DNA of 64,000 nt from positions 18,821 to 82,820 of the forward strand of contig MCFE01000391.1 of the NCBI GenBank assembly GCA_002104905.1, read 5' to 3'. The first letter of the stretch is position 1. Every line of letters starts with the position of its first letter. Positions 39,353 through 52,692 of the stretch are shown one piece after another. This DNA is from Basidiobolus meristosporus CBS 931.73 (Eukaryota > Fungi > Basidiobolomycota). The notes under the pieces are model-generated. The model worked only from the letters and a program-made list of their open reading frames with translations, was not told the DNA's origin and did not search any database. Both the position numbers and the translations under genes were made by a program.

Positions 39353-40903
39353 GGCAGAATGTGTGATAACGAAAATCCTGGAGAAAACGACCAGTGTCCA
39401 GGAGTATTTATACCAAATCAACAGGAACTGGAGCTATACACATGTCACTAATCAGGATTATAACGTAACAGAGGTGCCATTATTCTTCGTAACACCATAG
39501 CGTCTGTGGAACGTACGATAGTGTGCATCCTCTTGTTCTGGATAGAAATTCTTTTGACTATCGACTTCGACCAAACTAGAATCACCGTAGGCGGAAACCT
39601 TGTATTTGCTGAATAGGTAGTAACCGATTCGCCCTATATCCCCAAAAAGCAATCGCATGGAACGAGGAATCTTCGAACCTTTCAAGCGCCGTCTCCAGCA
39701 CTCAGCATCAACACAATCAACCCATATGTGGAATCTATAAATATACCCGATCGATCACTAAGTCTTCGCTGGTTACCACGACTTGAGGAGGTACAAAGAT
39801 CCTCAGCACTGGGCAATGCAAGTACGCCTCTGGGTGGAATCTCCCGCCCACACTTCTAAGGATCCCTATTTTAGATGGAATCATACGGAAAGTCTAATTG
39901 TATTCCAAATCCATCAACACCACGCCACTTTCCTTAAATGTACCGGAGAATTTAGAAGCGGATGAAATTCGAACCATAGTGACAATGCCTGAAAGGAATG
40001 GCCCGTGGGTGTTGGCTATGCTGGCCACACCCTCATAGTGATTACTCGGGGCATCGGCAAATGGCAGTATTGCAATCCATTTCAGGGCAATATGCTTCCT
40101 AGCATTGATCAAACCAGGTCAGAGCACCCTCTGGCTGTACGAATAATGTGTTGTGTGTCATCCATATGCAGCTAATCACAGCAACACCCAAGCTCACCGC
40201 GACGTTTGTAATATCAGGTGCCAGCAGCTGGTGAGTACCAGTGCTGGAAAGTAGGGGCACCAACACCTTCGAGGACACACATCTTGTGCTCCTGTGGCAT
40301 GAGGTATCTGCCCCACTTGCACAGTTGATCGATGTTGATTTCTGTTTCATGAGTAGACCCGATTTCAAATCCAAAATTAATCGAAAGCCCGTCAGTTGCC
40401 CCTCAATTTGGCCAAATATTGGCTGATTGCAGGATGCAGTCCTCATTAAGAAAATGCGTCTGCGTTAAACGTGGAAATGACCTAGATCTAATGTTCGTCT
40501 TCGATGGCCAAACTGGCTATTCTATTGATATATACTAGTGAGAGAGCTGCCTCTCATCTGCAGACTGCCGGTCTAGTTGCTGGGATCGCAGCATGATGCC
40601 AGTAATGTAGATTGTTTTCAAATAGATCAAAGTTGGTCTTCACGGTGTTGCCATGGCCACTTTTAGGTTTTCAGTTGGCTTATTACTCCCCGGTTTCAAT
40701 GATGGTTTTTTCGGCATTAAGCTGCTTGTGTAGTATCAACATCAGAATCTGCCAGACTTCTTACATATATAAGACTGGCAATGGCTTGCTATCAAAAGTC
40801 CCCATCCCGAAAGCTTTATTCCCATTGTTGTTATTCTCACTTTTCAAGAGATCCTCATTTCACATATAGTCATTCAAGTTCGAAGTATCGCGTACGGGAT
40901 TAC

Positions 40904-41582
40904 ATGTCGGTTGCGTCTTGGGTGAAAATCACGTTTCCTGGTCAAGAAGGGACCCAGAAAATACGATTTCATATTCAGTTCTTGAGCGCATCAAAAGGTA
41001 AGAATAGTTTATGTCTAGAGTCCGCTCTCCGCATTCGTAACTTCAGCTTGATATCTAGTGATATGTGGCCGTTGTAGCCAGCATATGTTGGTTGGTCCGC
41101 AGCCGTACAAATACCTACGCTGTGCCAGCTGTGGATCGCAACTCACCACGCCCCTTCATTCCTCCTACTGTTGCTCTATCTTGGATCCAACCATTGCCGA
41201 AGATTTCAAGTTTGATAAACCAATTGATCTCGGACTTTTCCTACAAAACCATGGTATTGCTTTGTCTGCGTACTCAGCACGCTTTGGATTCGTCTACTTC
41301 AAGGACAAATCGAGCTCTTCATCGATACTCGTCAGACCAATGAGAAAGATTCGGAATGACTTGAGATTTCTAGGAAGCAATTGGGGAAGGGCATTAGCTG
41401 TCATTTCTGGCCCTTGGTTCAAACTATACGATATCCAGAGCGAGTTTAATATGGAGATTCAGCACAAGGTTGATTTCAAAGATTTAGGGCACATGAGATC
41501 GCCAAATCGAACTAACCAAGTTCAAGCTGATTGGCGAATTAGAGCTGAGGGATCTCCGGCTCGACTATTTGGCGGAATATAA
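40904..41582 (+). CDS. Hypothetical 205-aa protein with a CxxC-x17-CxxC zinc ribbon, 2 exons
   Basis: A GT-AG intron at 40998-41058 (AAG|GTAAGA...CTAG) joins MSVASWVKITF...LSASK in frame to VICGRC...CASCG. No family recognised. Confidence 0.45.
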
Positions 41583-42668
41583 AGGACGCCGCTTTGTGCT
41601 TGCGCTCTCCAGGGGCAAGTCATATGTATATGTCCAAGTTGGCTCTAATATACTTCAGAATTGGTACTGATTAGCCAATTGATTGTGAGCTTGAGTATTT
41701 CTGCTAAAATGATTTTACAGGTGGGGTGAGTGTATCGAGTACTACGTTCGAAAATACCATTCTCCCAAGCAGCACAAATCAAGCAGCAACCTAACCTATG
41801 AGAGGTATCAGACTAACGCAGTAAACCCACTGAATAGACCACCATCACTTAATGGGAGCTTGCCTAGATCATTCCTCGAATCGGAACGAAGTAATATAGT
41901 AAAACATCTAAGAAAGCATTCCAGCGCTCTTCATATTGGTGGCTTCGAAGCAACCCCCTCAATTGGAGACTGCGAATGTAAGCCATGCACAGACCATATC
42001 AGTATTCCAGAGCTAATTTCAAGGGATTTCCTATTAGTAAGGGGGACTTCCAACACACATCCATCAGGTAACCCGATACTCTTTAGAAAGCAACTCGAAG
42101 CTGATCTTCATTTTGGTAGAAGCGGTGGAAGGAGCTGGCTTGGCTACCACCTCTCGCATCACCGAGACTTCCAATAGCTCATTTAACGTTGCTAAGAGCC
42201 AAGGAACTAGCGACCACTGGTCAACTATCTCTGCCCCAGAATCAGGAGTATTCCGACTAAATAATTTTCGAGTAGTAAGTAATTGGGACCACCTGTTAGA
42301 TGCATTTCCTCTACCCCCCAGTGTAATATGAAGACCTACACACATAAACGCAACCTTACCGATTTTGAGCCTTTAATACTGCGCAAGATCAGAAATAATT
42401 TTGCATCCTTTCCTTCAATGTGTGTGTTAATTGGAGACGGTTTAATTTGTTGGATTTTAGACTATAAACGCAGATATCCCAAGCACTGCCCAATGTATTA
42501 AGGCAATAATTTGTCGCACCATGTTCCTATTGAAATCCAATATTGATGATACGAGTCATCAAAAGATCATACCCACAAAAAATGTAAAATTTCTCATTAA
42601 CCACTCCACTACAGACGAAATCCCATTTTCCACCTTCCTGGTGAACTTGCAATACGTTACTTGGTAAA

Positions 42669-43022
42669 ATGTTCTTTTTTCCAAACAGAAAGCTGAATCC
42701 AACCGGAAAGAGGTAGCTCACGTTGTAACCCATGATAAGCTCGGACAAAAACTCAGCTTCTAAACTTTATAAGATTGCTCACTGTGATTGTCTCCTTTCC
42801 GATCTTGGTTGTAACCTCTTACGTTCAATACAAGCGCTGTTAGTACCCCTGCTCCACCTTAGTCATTTAGCTTATACTAACACCGCTTTCATAGTCGTCC
42901 TAGGAGAGCCTATCAAGAGTAGACCCACAAAAACTCCAGAACAAATCTTGCTCGAAGATGCCCAACGTATGCTTGACGAAGAGGATCGTCAGGCTGCTAG
43001 AGAGTCTTATAATAGCCAATAG
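42669..43022 (+). CDS. 78-aa single-pass membrane microprotein, 3 exons, missed by the ORF track
   Basis: Exons 42669-42712, 42774-42838 and 42895-43022 (237 nt). Intron 2 has a TACTAAC branch point. Translation: MFFFPNRKLNPTGKRLLTVIVSFPILVVTSYVQYKRFVLGEPIK...YNSQ*. Confidence 0.72.
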
Positions 43023-43457
43023 AAGTAGCTTTCGAATAGCTGAGCCTACGTACCAACCATTTCATTCTTGCATCGCACCACCAAGGCCTAACCTGAGTTT
43101 GACTTGGTGTTCCTATAAAATATTTCCAGTATCCATAAATTTCAAAGTCACACACATTTTCATAATACGCATATGGGCTGCAATCAAGATTAGTGTACCA
43201 GCTGCAGTGCATACACTCTAGCAAAACAGATTTGGTAGTGTTCATATTGAATATTCACGCCTTGGTGAACAAATAGCATGTGATGCGCGTATATAGGAGA
43301 CCATCATCTCATAGTTCGCCCAACCCAATATTTGTATTCAAATCATCGAAACCACTATTGGTTACTACGAGGAATGCTCGACCGTTTAGTGAAAGGCTCG
43401 TCCGATTGACCTTTATTTGAATTAGATGTTTGAATGTTAGGATCTAGCTTGGGCAGC

Positions 43458-44225
43458 TTATTTGTCAGCAATCTTCTTGGTACCGCGAAGCAAACCGGTA
43501 CGACGAGCGGCGATAAGACCGACCTTTTGACCAGCAGACGAGTCACGGGCAACAGTAGAAGCATGACCGATGTGTTGGTGATTACCACCACCGTGGGGAT
43601 GGTCAACGGGGTTCATAGCAACACCACGAGTCTTAGGCCAGCAGTTACGCTTGACTCTGTACTTGTGGTAGGCACGACCAGCCTTAAGCAAAGGTTTATC
43701 GATACGACCACCACCAGCGACGATACCAATAGTAGCACGGCAGGTAGATTGGATGACCTTCTTGGAGCCAGAAGGAAGCTTCACTCTAGTCTTTCCGTCA
43801 TCGTGGTTGTGGGAAATGATGGTGGCATAGTTACCAGAGGCACGAGCAATAGCACCACGATCACCAACAGACTCTTCGATGTTACAGATGATGGTACCCT
43901 CGGGCATGGCAGAAAGGGGAAGAACGTTGCCAATAGTCAAAGCGGCCTTCTTACCACAGTAAACAAATTGACCGGTGTACATGCCTTCAGTAGCAATGAA
44001 GGTTTGTGTGTGGGTCTTGTATCTATAAGGATCACGGAATTGAACTTTGGCAAGAGGGGCGCCACGTCCGGGATCGTGAATGATTTCCTTGACGATACCG
44101 CGAATGTAACCATTGCGTTCAGCAAAATCTAAGGGACGGAGCTGTGCGGCGCCTTTTCTAAGTCTGGTGTGGGACTTGAAAATGCCACCAGGACCCTTTC
44201 TCTGAGCACGAATAACACGACCCAT
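43458..44225 (-). CDS. RPL2: 60S ribosomal protein uL2 (L2/L8), 255 aa
   Basis: [48 protein letters not shown]. Confidence 0.99.
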   Translation of the reverse strand: MGRVIRAQRKGPGGIFKSHTRLRKGAAQLRPLDFAERNGYIRGIVKEIIHDPGRGAPLAKVQFRDPYRYKTHTQTFIATEGMYTGQFVYCGKKAALTIGNVLPLSAMPEGTIICNIEESVGDRGAIARASGNYATIISHNHDDGKTRVKLPSGSKKVIQSTCRATIGIVAGGGRIDKPLLKAGRAYHKYRVKRNCWPKTRGVAMNPVDHPHGGGNHQHIGHASTVARDSSAGQKVGLIAARRTGLLRGTKKIADK

Positions 44226-45364
44226 TTATGAATTATCTAGTTTCCTAACATCATAAAACATAATCGCGATGAGAACGATGTTTTGAGCCAAGTACGGTGA
44301 TTTAGAAGTGCTAGGGGTTGAAGGTGGAGCTGAACATATGGCTTCTCTCACCGTCTCGTATGATAACGAATGGATGCAATAGATGATGCGATGGATAATG
44401 GCTGGAAAATTTTACTCACCAATTGAATATGCACCCAACGGCAGACAAGGAATTAGATGGACGGAGGAAGAGGAGGGGATGCTCCACGCATTTGATCATT
44501 TTGTGCTTGGATGCCGTTACGGATTGTGATTGGGTGACTGTGCCAAAAGAGATGGAAATTTTTTCGCCATCATTTCTAGCATCGTGAGCCTTCCAGCTGC
44601 AGATCTGTAATTTGTCAAACTGATGTGGACCAGATTTGCCAATGTGCATCGTTTAGATCGCTCGGCGAGTAAGCGGGATAAATCCTCAGGCTTGCTCAGA
44701 CCAGACTCGATATATTCATCACATTTCAACTTATGTTGACATACTAACAGAGCTCAATGGGTTGAAAGTAGTGTGAACAAGGGCGATTGGTCTGAAGCCC
44801 GTATTTCCATAGTGTTTGTTTGTAGAGTGGCACTATGACAACAAGGATTGCATGATGGCGATACTACTTCAACGTTTGGATAGGTAATAATCGCATTAAA
44901 GAGACTGCGGTAACGAAGATTGTAAACCGTCTGCCAGACACCCAGCATCACCACTTTGATCTGCCAAACGGCCTTATTTAATCTTTCCCTTTTGCTGCTG
45001 CGTGGCGAAAATACTGGTGGTATTGTGTTTTTCGAGCCAAATATTCAACACCGGCATATATTTTGACTTGCACACCCAACGAAGTTACATTTATCAACTC
45101 GTCAGCCACCAGCGCATATTATCGATAATTATTATAGATGGATTGCATATGGATGCCACAATGCTCGATGATGACGTATTGTGAAGTGCGATGTATCCAC
45201 CATCGGGAACGTAAGAGTGATTTGCTGAGAAAAATCGGTCTTTCGCTGCATGTGACCAAACTCGTATACAGTTCCCAGTAAACCCCAATTATAGGACTGC
45301 TTTTCCCCTTCAAATCTTGAGCCCGTCGAAAAATCGCAAGATCATTTCTTTTCCTGTTAAAATC

Positions 45365-46582
45365 ATGACAAACAAACTAGTATGCGTAACTGGCGGTACT
45401 GGCTATTTAGCAAGGTACGCTATGTCAAAGAAACACGCTTCTCAAGATTTGTTTAATAATCCAATTCCTTAGTAAGCTCATTGAGGCATTGCTGGAGCAA
45501 GGTTACAGAGTTCGCACCACTGTACGCTCTCTTAACAACTATAATAAGGTCGCTCCTTTACAGGGACTCACCTCAAAAGGAGATTTATCTCTTTTTGAAG
45601 CTGATCTCCTATCAGAGGGAAGTTTCAAAGAGGCAATTGACGGTAACTTGAATATTCGCATCGCCAATTTTTCCACCTCCGTTTCTGACAGCCGCCTCTT
45701 AGGTTGCGAATGCGTCTTTCATACAGCCTCTCCAGTCATCACCTACAACCTGGAGGATCCTGTAAAACAGCTAATTGAGCCGGCTATTAAAGGAACCCGT
45801 AACATCATCCAAGAAGCCATCGCTTGCGCTAGTGTATCCACCGTTATCCTTACTAGCTCTGTAGCTGCTGTAAAAAGCAATGCCAAGCCGGAGGACTATG
45901 TATTCACTGAAGAAGTAGGTTTCTATCTAGAATTTGGCGTTATCATTGCCATTCTAAACCCATTGTACAGGATTGGAACGATAGTACCTCGACGCAAATT
46001 AGTCCATATGCGCTTAGTAAGACTCTAGCAGAACTAGAAGCCTGGAAATTGGTTGAAGGCTCTTCAGTGCGTTTGGTTTCTATCAATCCATCATACATTC
46101 TTGGTAAGCTCATATTTCAGCCATCACTATCGATTACAAAAGCTCACAATATGAGTTCTCTAGGCCCCTCAGTCGGCATACACCCCGAGTCCGAAAGTAT
46201 CACGCGTATAATAAGTACATTTGATGGCAGCTACCTAGAGAAGGGCGCTCCACCAATTAGTATGTGCACAGTCGATCTCCGAAATGTTGTCGAGGCACAC
46301 ATCCGGGCTTTTGAGAATCACGATGCATCTGGTCGCTACATTGTTTCCAGTGAGGAATCAACCACAGTGCTGGATTGGGTTAAGATTCTTTCAGAAGATC
46401 CCGAGTTTGAAAAGCATCCGTTCCCCACCAAACTTGCCGATGGCAAGCCAACCAAACTTCGCCTTGATCCTAGCAAGGCTCAAAAGGAACTTGGGATCGA
46501 ATTGATCCCTTTGCAGGAGTCTTTGTTGAGCCTAGCAAGGTTTCTAAAGAAATCTGGTGTGATAAAGAATTCGAAGAAATGA
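45365..46582 (+). CDS. NAD(P)-dependent epimerase/dehydratase (extended SDR; Gre2/dihydroflavonol-reductase-like)
   Basis: VCVTGGTGYLAS Rossmann motif, VFHTASP, TSSVAA, YALSK catalytic YxxxK, VDLRNVVEAH. Introns ~45415-45472, 45643-45702, ~45916-45970, ~46103-46162. Confidence 0.93.
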
Positions 46583-47822
46583 CAATTTTAGTCAAGGTTT
46601 GAGGTGTAGGGTTAGTTAAATCTTGCAACGAATGTTGTATATATTGATTAGATTCCATCTCTTGTGCAACATTTGTGCTATGTTGAGAATAAACTGTGGC
46701 TCGGTATTACGGAGTCCGTGTTTTGGCAAATCACATAAATAGCACTAAACTGAAAGAACCTCGTTTGGCCAGTATTAATCTTGGTCACGCTTGCTCTCAA
46801 AAGCGATTTTTCCAGCATTCCAAGCCTACCACCATTTCCCTACTTAAGCCAAGTGTTCTCCCTAGCTCTAATAGGTCGATTTTTGTATTGCAGCCAAGTC
46901 ACTGAATGGCGAGTGGTCACTTAGTTGCGGATCATATCCTTGGTGAATACTCGTGTTGCCACACTGGAGGAGCGATTGATTCTTGGAGTATCTCTATGAC
47001 ATACCACCCTCAATAATGGAAATTCGTCAATCAGTAATATTAGATCCCATATTAGGGCATCTAACAAGGGTGAAAGTGCCTTGAATATTACCCAGAGAAT
47101 CACATGAGGCGCACAGCCCGTATATTGCTCTCTCAACATGAACAGATTGGTCGGTGATTTGGCGCCTAGATGTTGTTTTCGAAAGTGCTTACATTTAGGG
47201 AGAAATGGTGGCACGAGGATTCAGTCTCGAATCGTATATAGTGATTCTTACAGTTGAAAACGACTCGGATCATGTGCCTAGCCAATGAGGTCACTGATCA
47301 GTCACAGAGGGGTCAGAAGTCACAGTTCTCCACATTTTCGAGAAAACTCGGGATTTTGGTGTCGATAAGTAGAGCAAGCTACGAGACGCATTCAGTCGAG
47401 AGGTATCAGCGTTGCAGCCTTCCTTATGCTTGATGGGAGAATTCATTGTCTCATGAGGCCAAGATAATAAAGCTGCTGGCGTGACGGCAGTCAACAATCA
47501 AAATGCTGCACAGTGTATCGAGTTGGTGTTTTGACAAAATCGCGGAAAATTCTGATTTTGTTTATTACTTCATGTTCCAGTTGATGATACTTATTGGGTA
47601 TTTCTTTAATTTAACTTAAAGTTAAACCTCCTAATATATACCACAGGCTAATTTGATACCCAATCTTCCTTCAAATCGGGGTTTTCTGTTCTCCAGATGC
47701 CATGGACCAAGTGTATAATGGGGTAGCACACAATACGTCGTTAATAAAAATTATTAATGTCATCATACAGATGTATTTCTTAAAATCAATGAACTTCAAA
47801 ATATCTAATTGACTCGTAAAAT

Positions 47823-50800
47823 TTGCGTACGCCTGAGTTGCGGCTTCTTCTCTCTAGTACTTCTCGAAATCCTCCCCCGTGCTCACACGTAAATTTAGAC
47901 AAACTGTCCCTAAATTGTGACTCCCAATCAGTGCTCTGCTCCATAGCAGAGGCACTGAAGAAAATCTTCCCAGCCCTAGGAAATAGCCTTCCTGATGTGC
48001 CTGGTAGTCCCAAGGATCAGGCAAGCAGTACACCCGCCTTAGAAACTCAGTTGCTAATTACTGCTTGCTTTGGGGTTCCTTTGTTTTTGATCTTCTGCTT
48101 TTTACGAAGAACGTGGCATTCCATGTATACGCCAAGGTCTCGATTAAGAAGGTATGTCATTTCGATATATACTGCAATGAAATCTCTGGTTAACCCTTCA
48201 AATTCAGAAATGCGCCTCCACCAATACCCAACACCTTTTTCGGTTGGATTATACCTGTGTTGCGTTACCCACAGAATGATATGCTTGAGCGAGTTGGTCT
48301 AGATGCAGTCATTGTAAAATCTCGTTGACTATAGCTTCGATAATGAGCATTCCTAACTAAACTACTTTTTATCACGAACAGCTTCTCAAATTCTTCAAGA
48401 TGTCCATTTTATTATTCGCCTCCTGCAGCCTTTTCGGTATCACTATCCTATTGCCCATAAACTATACCAATGCGATCGACAGCCAGAACGACAGCCTCCC
48501 ATTCTCCGCAGCCTTGACAAAGCTTTCAATCCCCCCGGGATCTAAAGTTTTTGCGGCGCATTCAGTATTTACCTGGCTATTTTCGCTCTTGACCTTCTAC
48601 TTTCTTTATCGGTCATACGAGCAGTATATCTACCTCCGGTGGACATACCTGATTGGGGTGTCCAAGTCAGTAGGGGGAAGATCGGTGATTGTCACGGCCA
48701 TTCCAGAAAAATTAAGATCCAACGCCGCATTGCAAGAGTTCTTCGAGAAATTGAATGTTGGCCCGGTTGAAACTGCCCATGTTTGCCCGCATCTGCAAGA
48801 GCTTCCGAGGATTCTTGAAAAGCGCGAAGAGTACCTACGGAAGTTGGAGGATGCATATGTCAGATACATCGGTAACCCTTGTAAGCTGAAAGACCTGGAT
48901 CCTGACCAACTAGTGGACCCAGCCTGGGATTCAGAAGGAGCATCTGAGAATGCCAAGCTGATTGAGAAATTGAAACGACCTTTGATGAGATCAGGGGTTT
49001 TTGGACTGTTTGGTACTAAAGTAGACATGATAGAACACTATCACAAGCTGTTAAAGAATTACGATTTCCTGGTCACGAAGGCTAGATCCTTAAGTTACCC
49101 TCCGACAACCGTTGGCTTTGTCACTTTTACCAACCAAAACAGTGCCGTAAGTGGAGTACCGTTGAGATGATGAGCCATCGAGGGACCTACTAACGCACCC
49201 TCCTCAGAACATTGTAGCCCAGACATTGACGCACACACGTGCCTTCACTTGCATCACAAAGCTTGCGCCGGATCCTCGTGATATATCTTGGAAAAACCTG
49301 TATCGCACTAAGCGTGAGATTCTGATTCGCAAATCGATCATCGAAGTGGCAATTTTCTTCTTAATGTTTTTCTGGGCTTATCCAGTAGCCACATTGGCGA
49401 GTTGGCTCAGTGCGGACACGCTGCAGAAACTTTTCCCAAACATCAAAGAATGGACGAACCAGAGCAATTTCGCCAAAGGAGTTATCCTGAAGTTTTTGCC
49501 ATCGATCTTCATGTTGATCTTCATGGCCATCCTGCCGTTTATCCTTGAGTGTAGGTTTGACTTGGTTCTAGAGAGCTTAGACAGAGGCTGATCTGATTTC
49601 CACCCAATTCTAGCGTTGATAAAATTCCAGAAGAAGCCATCCCGCAGTCTGATCGAGTTGGCGGTCTTGAAGAAATATTTCCTTTTTCAGTTGATCAACG
49701 TGCTCCTAATCTTTACGGTGGCTAGCACGTTTTTCACTTCATTCTATGCCATTCTTGACAAGCCCACTGAAATCGCCACCATTCTTGGGAAGCAGTTGCC
49801 TCTGGTAAGTACACAAGCCCCCGGAGACAAGCGGAGCACGCTAAACCTCTTTTTACGTTTGTAGTTTGCGCCGTTTTTCATCAATTATGTCACCATCCTT
49901 GGTCTGGGCTATCTTCCGCTGAAATTGGTCCAACTGGGGCCGATGATTCTACTCATATTCCGAAGACTGTTTTGCTCCTCACCGCGGGATTATGCTGAGC
50001 TGCTGACGCCCGTCAATATCGATTATGGCTGGGTATACCCCATCCCAATGCTCGTGTTTGTGATTGTGCTTACCTATTCCGTAATGACTCCCCTCATCCT
50101 CGTGTTTGGAGTGGCGTACTTCTCGATCGCATATCTGTTTCATAAATACAATTTTCTGTATGGTAAGCCCTTGAGAAGCCCTAACACTCAGCAAGAAGCG
50201 AGAACTAAGCCACAATTCTCCTTTCATATTAGTTTACTTTCGGCGCTTTGAAACAGGCGGCAAGTTCTGGCCCGTTGTAGTGAGAAGGCTGGTCATCGGA
50301 ATTTTTATCTTTCAGTTGACCATGCTTGGTGTTTTGCTGCTGAATAATGCGTTCGCTCCCGGTATATCAATCGCCCCGTTATTTATCATCACGATATATT
50401 TTTACCACTATGTCATACGAAACTTTGAGAAACGAAGTCGCTATCTTCCGTTGGAACTGAGTGAGCTGGTTACCCCCGGCCTACCAGGTGAGACTGTTCA
50501 CCGAGACATGCAGCCAATCAAGGACCTCGACTTACTGGATGATGATCAATATGAAGCAAAGCCAACTCGCAGAACTGACTTCCGTGAGAGTCCTATGAGT
50601 CGATGCCCAGGGGTTCTGGATGCTAGTGAGCGTGCTTATAGCCACCCAGCCATTGTTGGAACGCTGCCGCAATTGTGGCTGCCACGCAAGGTAGATTCCG
50701 ACACTGGAACACAAGTGTCCAACTCGGAAAAGATAAACGACAACAACTCTGATGAAGATTCGCCTACCAAGGAGAGGGGCTCTGATCAGCCCGACGAGAT

Positions 50801-51014
50801 TGATGGCCACGACGATAATCAGCTGGACGATAACTCGTCCAACACACGTCCCACCACCTCAACCGGCACAAGCCAAGGGCCCAACAAGAATCCCGATGGG
50901 CGGCAAATGGGAGTGTTAAAGTCGGAGGACCCGCTACTGCAAATTGGGTATAGAGTGAAGAGAGCTCTCAGAGACGGAACGCGCACAATAGCAAAGTTAA
51001 ATATGATAGACTGA
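47823..51014 (+). CDS. CSC1/OSCA/TMEM63 (Rsn1/Phm7-type) calcium-permeable stress-gated channel; true start unresolved
   Basis: FCFLRRTWHSMYTPR, FFGWIIP..VGLDAVI, APDPRDISWKNL, YGWVYP, FETGGKFWP. Introns 48152-48207, 48314-48381, 49147-49207, 49551-49613, 49805-49864 and 50163-50232 keep the frame. Confidence 0.93.
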
Positions 51015-51711
51015 CAGTAGTAATGCAGTTTGATGTTTTGTCTATTCACCACAATACGAAATTCCTAATACCATTTTGACCCATGTAGTTTTAATGTAGA
51101 CACAATCTCTCAACCCTAAAAGGATTCTTTCAATGAATTCTCCCCTATTTTATTTTTCCTTCGGCAATTCCAATGACGCAAATGTAAATAAATCCAATTT
51201 AGCTAATGACCAGTCTGCGTGTTCATCAGGGTTACCGTTCCACCACAAGATCGGTTCTTGACCCTCCGTCGCTATCTGGCATTCAGATTGCTTTCTCGTG
51301 GCATCACGCGCTGAATATGGGTGTTGCATTTAGGACAAACGAGGTATGATTGGCCAAGGCTGACTCCTTGCTTGGTGTACAGTGTTGCTGTCTGAAAGAT
51401 CATGGTCAGGACTAGTAAGTTAGGAAGCGAGATCAAACAGCATCAAAGAATGGGAAGCAATAAGGCTTGGTGCAGGCGAAAACAGGCTCTGGCATGTATT
51501 GATATTGTGTATGGTTCCGAAGCGAAAGGTATGTACATAAGACTCATTGAACATAACGTAACAGCGGGTGAAATAGCTGGCTAAGATAGCAAAAGAGCGG
51601 TGGTGGGAATTCCCGAAACTCAGAGAGCTTTTGTGGGTCATTTAAAAAAGGATGTTCACAGACGATTGATGGGCAAATTACGATAATACAAGAATAGTGG
51701 GCATAAAATGT

Positions 51712-52692
51712 TCAACACTCAGCTGCCATGCGGTAATGCTTTCCTACATAAATAAATTCATGTCGGCCAATAGTAAAGGACTGGGGTGGTGTACAAACCA
51801 TCTCCTCAAGAGGGTATGACCCATCGTCCACAGATAGACGTTGCAGGCAAAGACTAGCAGAAACTGCTTGGCTCAATTGATGTGGGTTCTCTTTGAATTC
51901 ACGGTTGGACTCTTCGTATCTTCTTTTGGTTGCTTTTTTCAGATATGATTGATATATTGGTGGAAGCAGTGGTTGGTTGGAGCGGTGCGTGGAGGGGAGG
52001 ATCACGGGGTCTAGTACATCATCCACACCAGTAAATTCACGCTCACCAACTTCGGGGTTCCCATCCTTTTCAAGTCTTTGTACCGCGGTCCCCAAACTGC
52101 GCTTGCGCTTATTTGATTTGACCGGGCTGGGGGTACCATCGTCGTAAAGTTTGGGAGTGGCTGGCGGGCTGACCATTCCATTTTTCAGGATTTTGGTTCG
52201 CTGCCGAGACAAGGCGTTTTCCATCGCCTTGCTTTTACGCTCCTCAAGAGGTACGGGAACGCGAGAGATGGAGTCCGGGTGGGAAGGGTTCAAGACATCA
52301 TCCAAGAACTGGGAGCCGAATATGGGCTCTAAATCTTCCCGAATATACCAGCAAGTTTTTCTTGCCAATTCGTATGCACGCTCGTATCGAAGCCACGTCC
52401 CCTGAATTTTCAGGAAACCGCCTCGAATCTTTTTGACTTCGCCAGATAACTCCACATTGGAGTCAATTAATTTGGCTATCTCACTTTTTTCTCGACCCAT
52501 GGCTTTCCATATCCCTGTCCAGTAAACATAGCCCGTCTCACGATCCCATAATACGGGTTGCTCACAGACAGTGTACTCAAATACCGGAATATATCCTCGA
52601 GGGTCGAGAGACGTTGAGTATTTGGCACAGTGGACTTGGTGCTTGACCGTGATGGACGGGTGGTAGGATTTCTGCATTTCGGTTGAGATCAT
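51712..52692 (-). CDS. APSES/KilA-N domain transcription factor (Xbp1-like), 326 aa
   Basis: YSTSLDPRGYIPVFEY...VLWDRETGYVYWTGIWK...IRGGFLKIQGTWL...TCWYIREDLEPIFG. Confidence 0.9.
   Translation of the reverse strand: MISTEMQKSYHPSITVKHQVHCAKYSTSLDPRGYIPVFEYTVCEQPVLWDRETGYVYWTGIWKAMGREKSEIAKLIDSNVELSGEVKKIRGGFLKIQGTWLRYERAYELARKTCWYIREDLEPIFGSQFLDDVLNPSHPDSISRVPVPLEERKSKAMENALSRQRTKILKNGMVSPPATPKLYDDGTPSPVKSNKRKRSLGTAVQRLEKDGNPEVGEREFTGVDDVLDPVILPSTHRSNQPLLPPIYQSYLKKATKRRYEESNREFKENPHQLSQAVSASLCLQRLSVDDGSYPLEEMVCTPPQSFTIGRHEFIYVGKHYRMAAEC

Noticed and set aside
43434-44132. 232-aa plus-strand ORF
   Set aside because: Antisense shadow of the codon-biased RPL2 CDS.
44690-44727. GTGATGA...CTGA on the minus strand as a box C/D snoRNA
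   Set aside because: No terminal stem or recognisable rRNA-complementary guide found.
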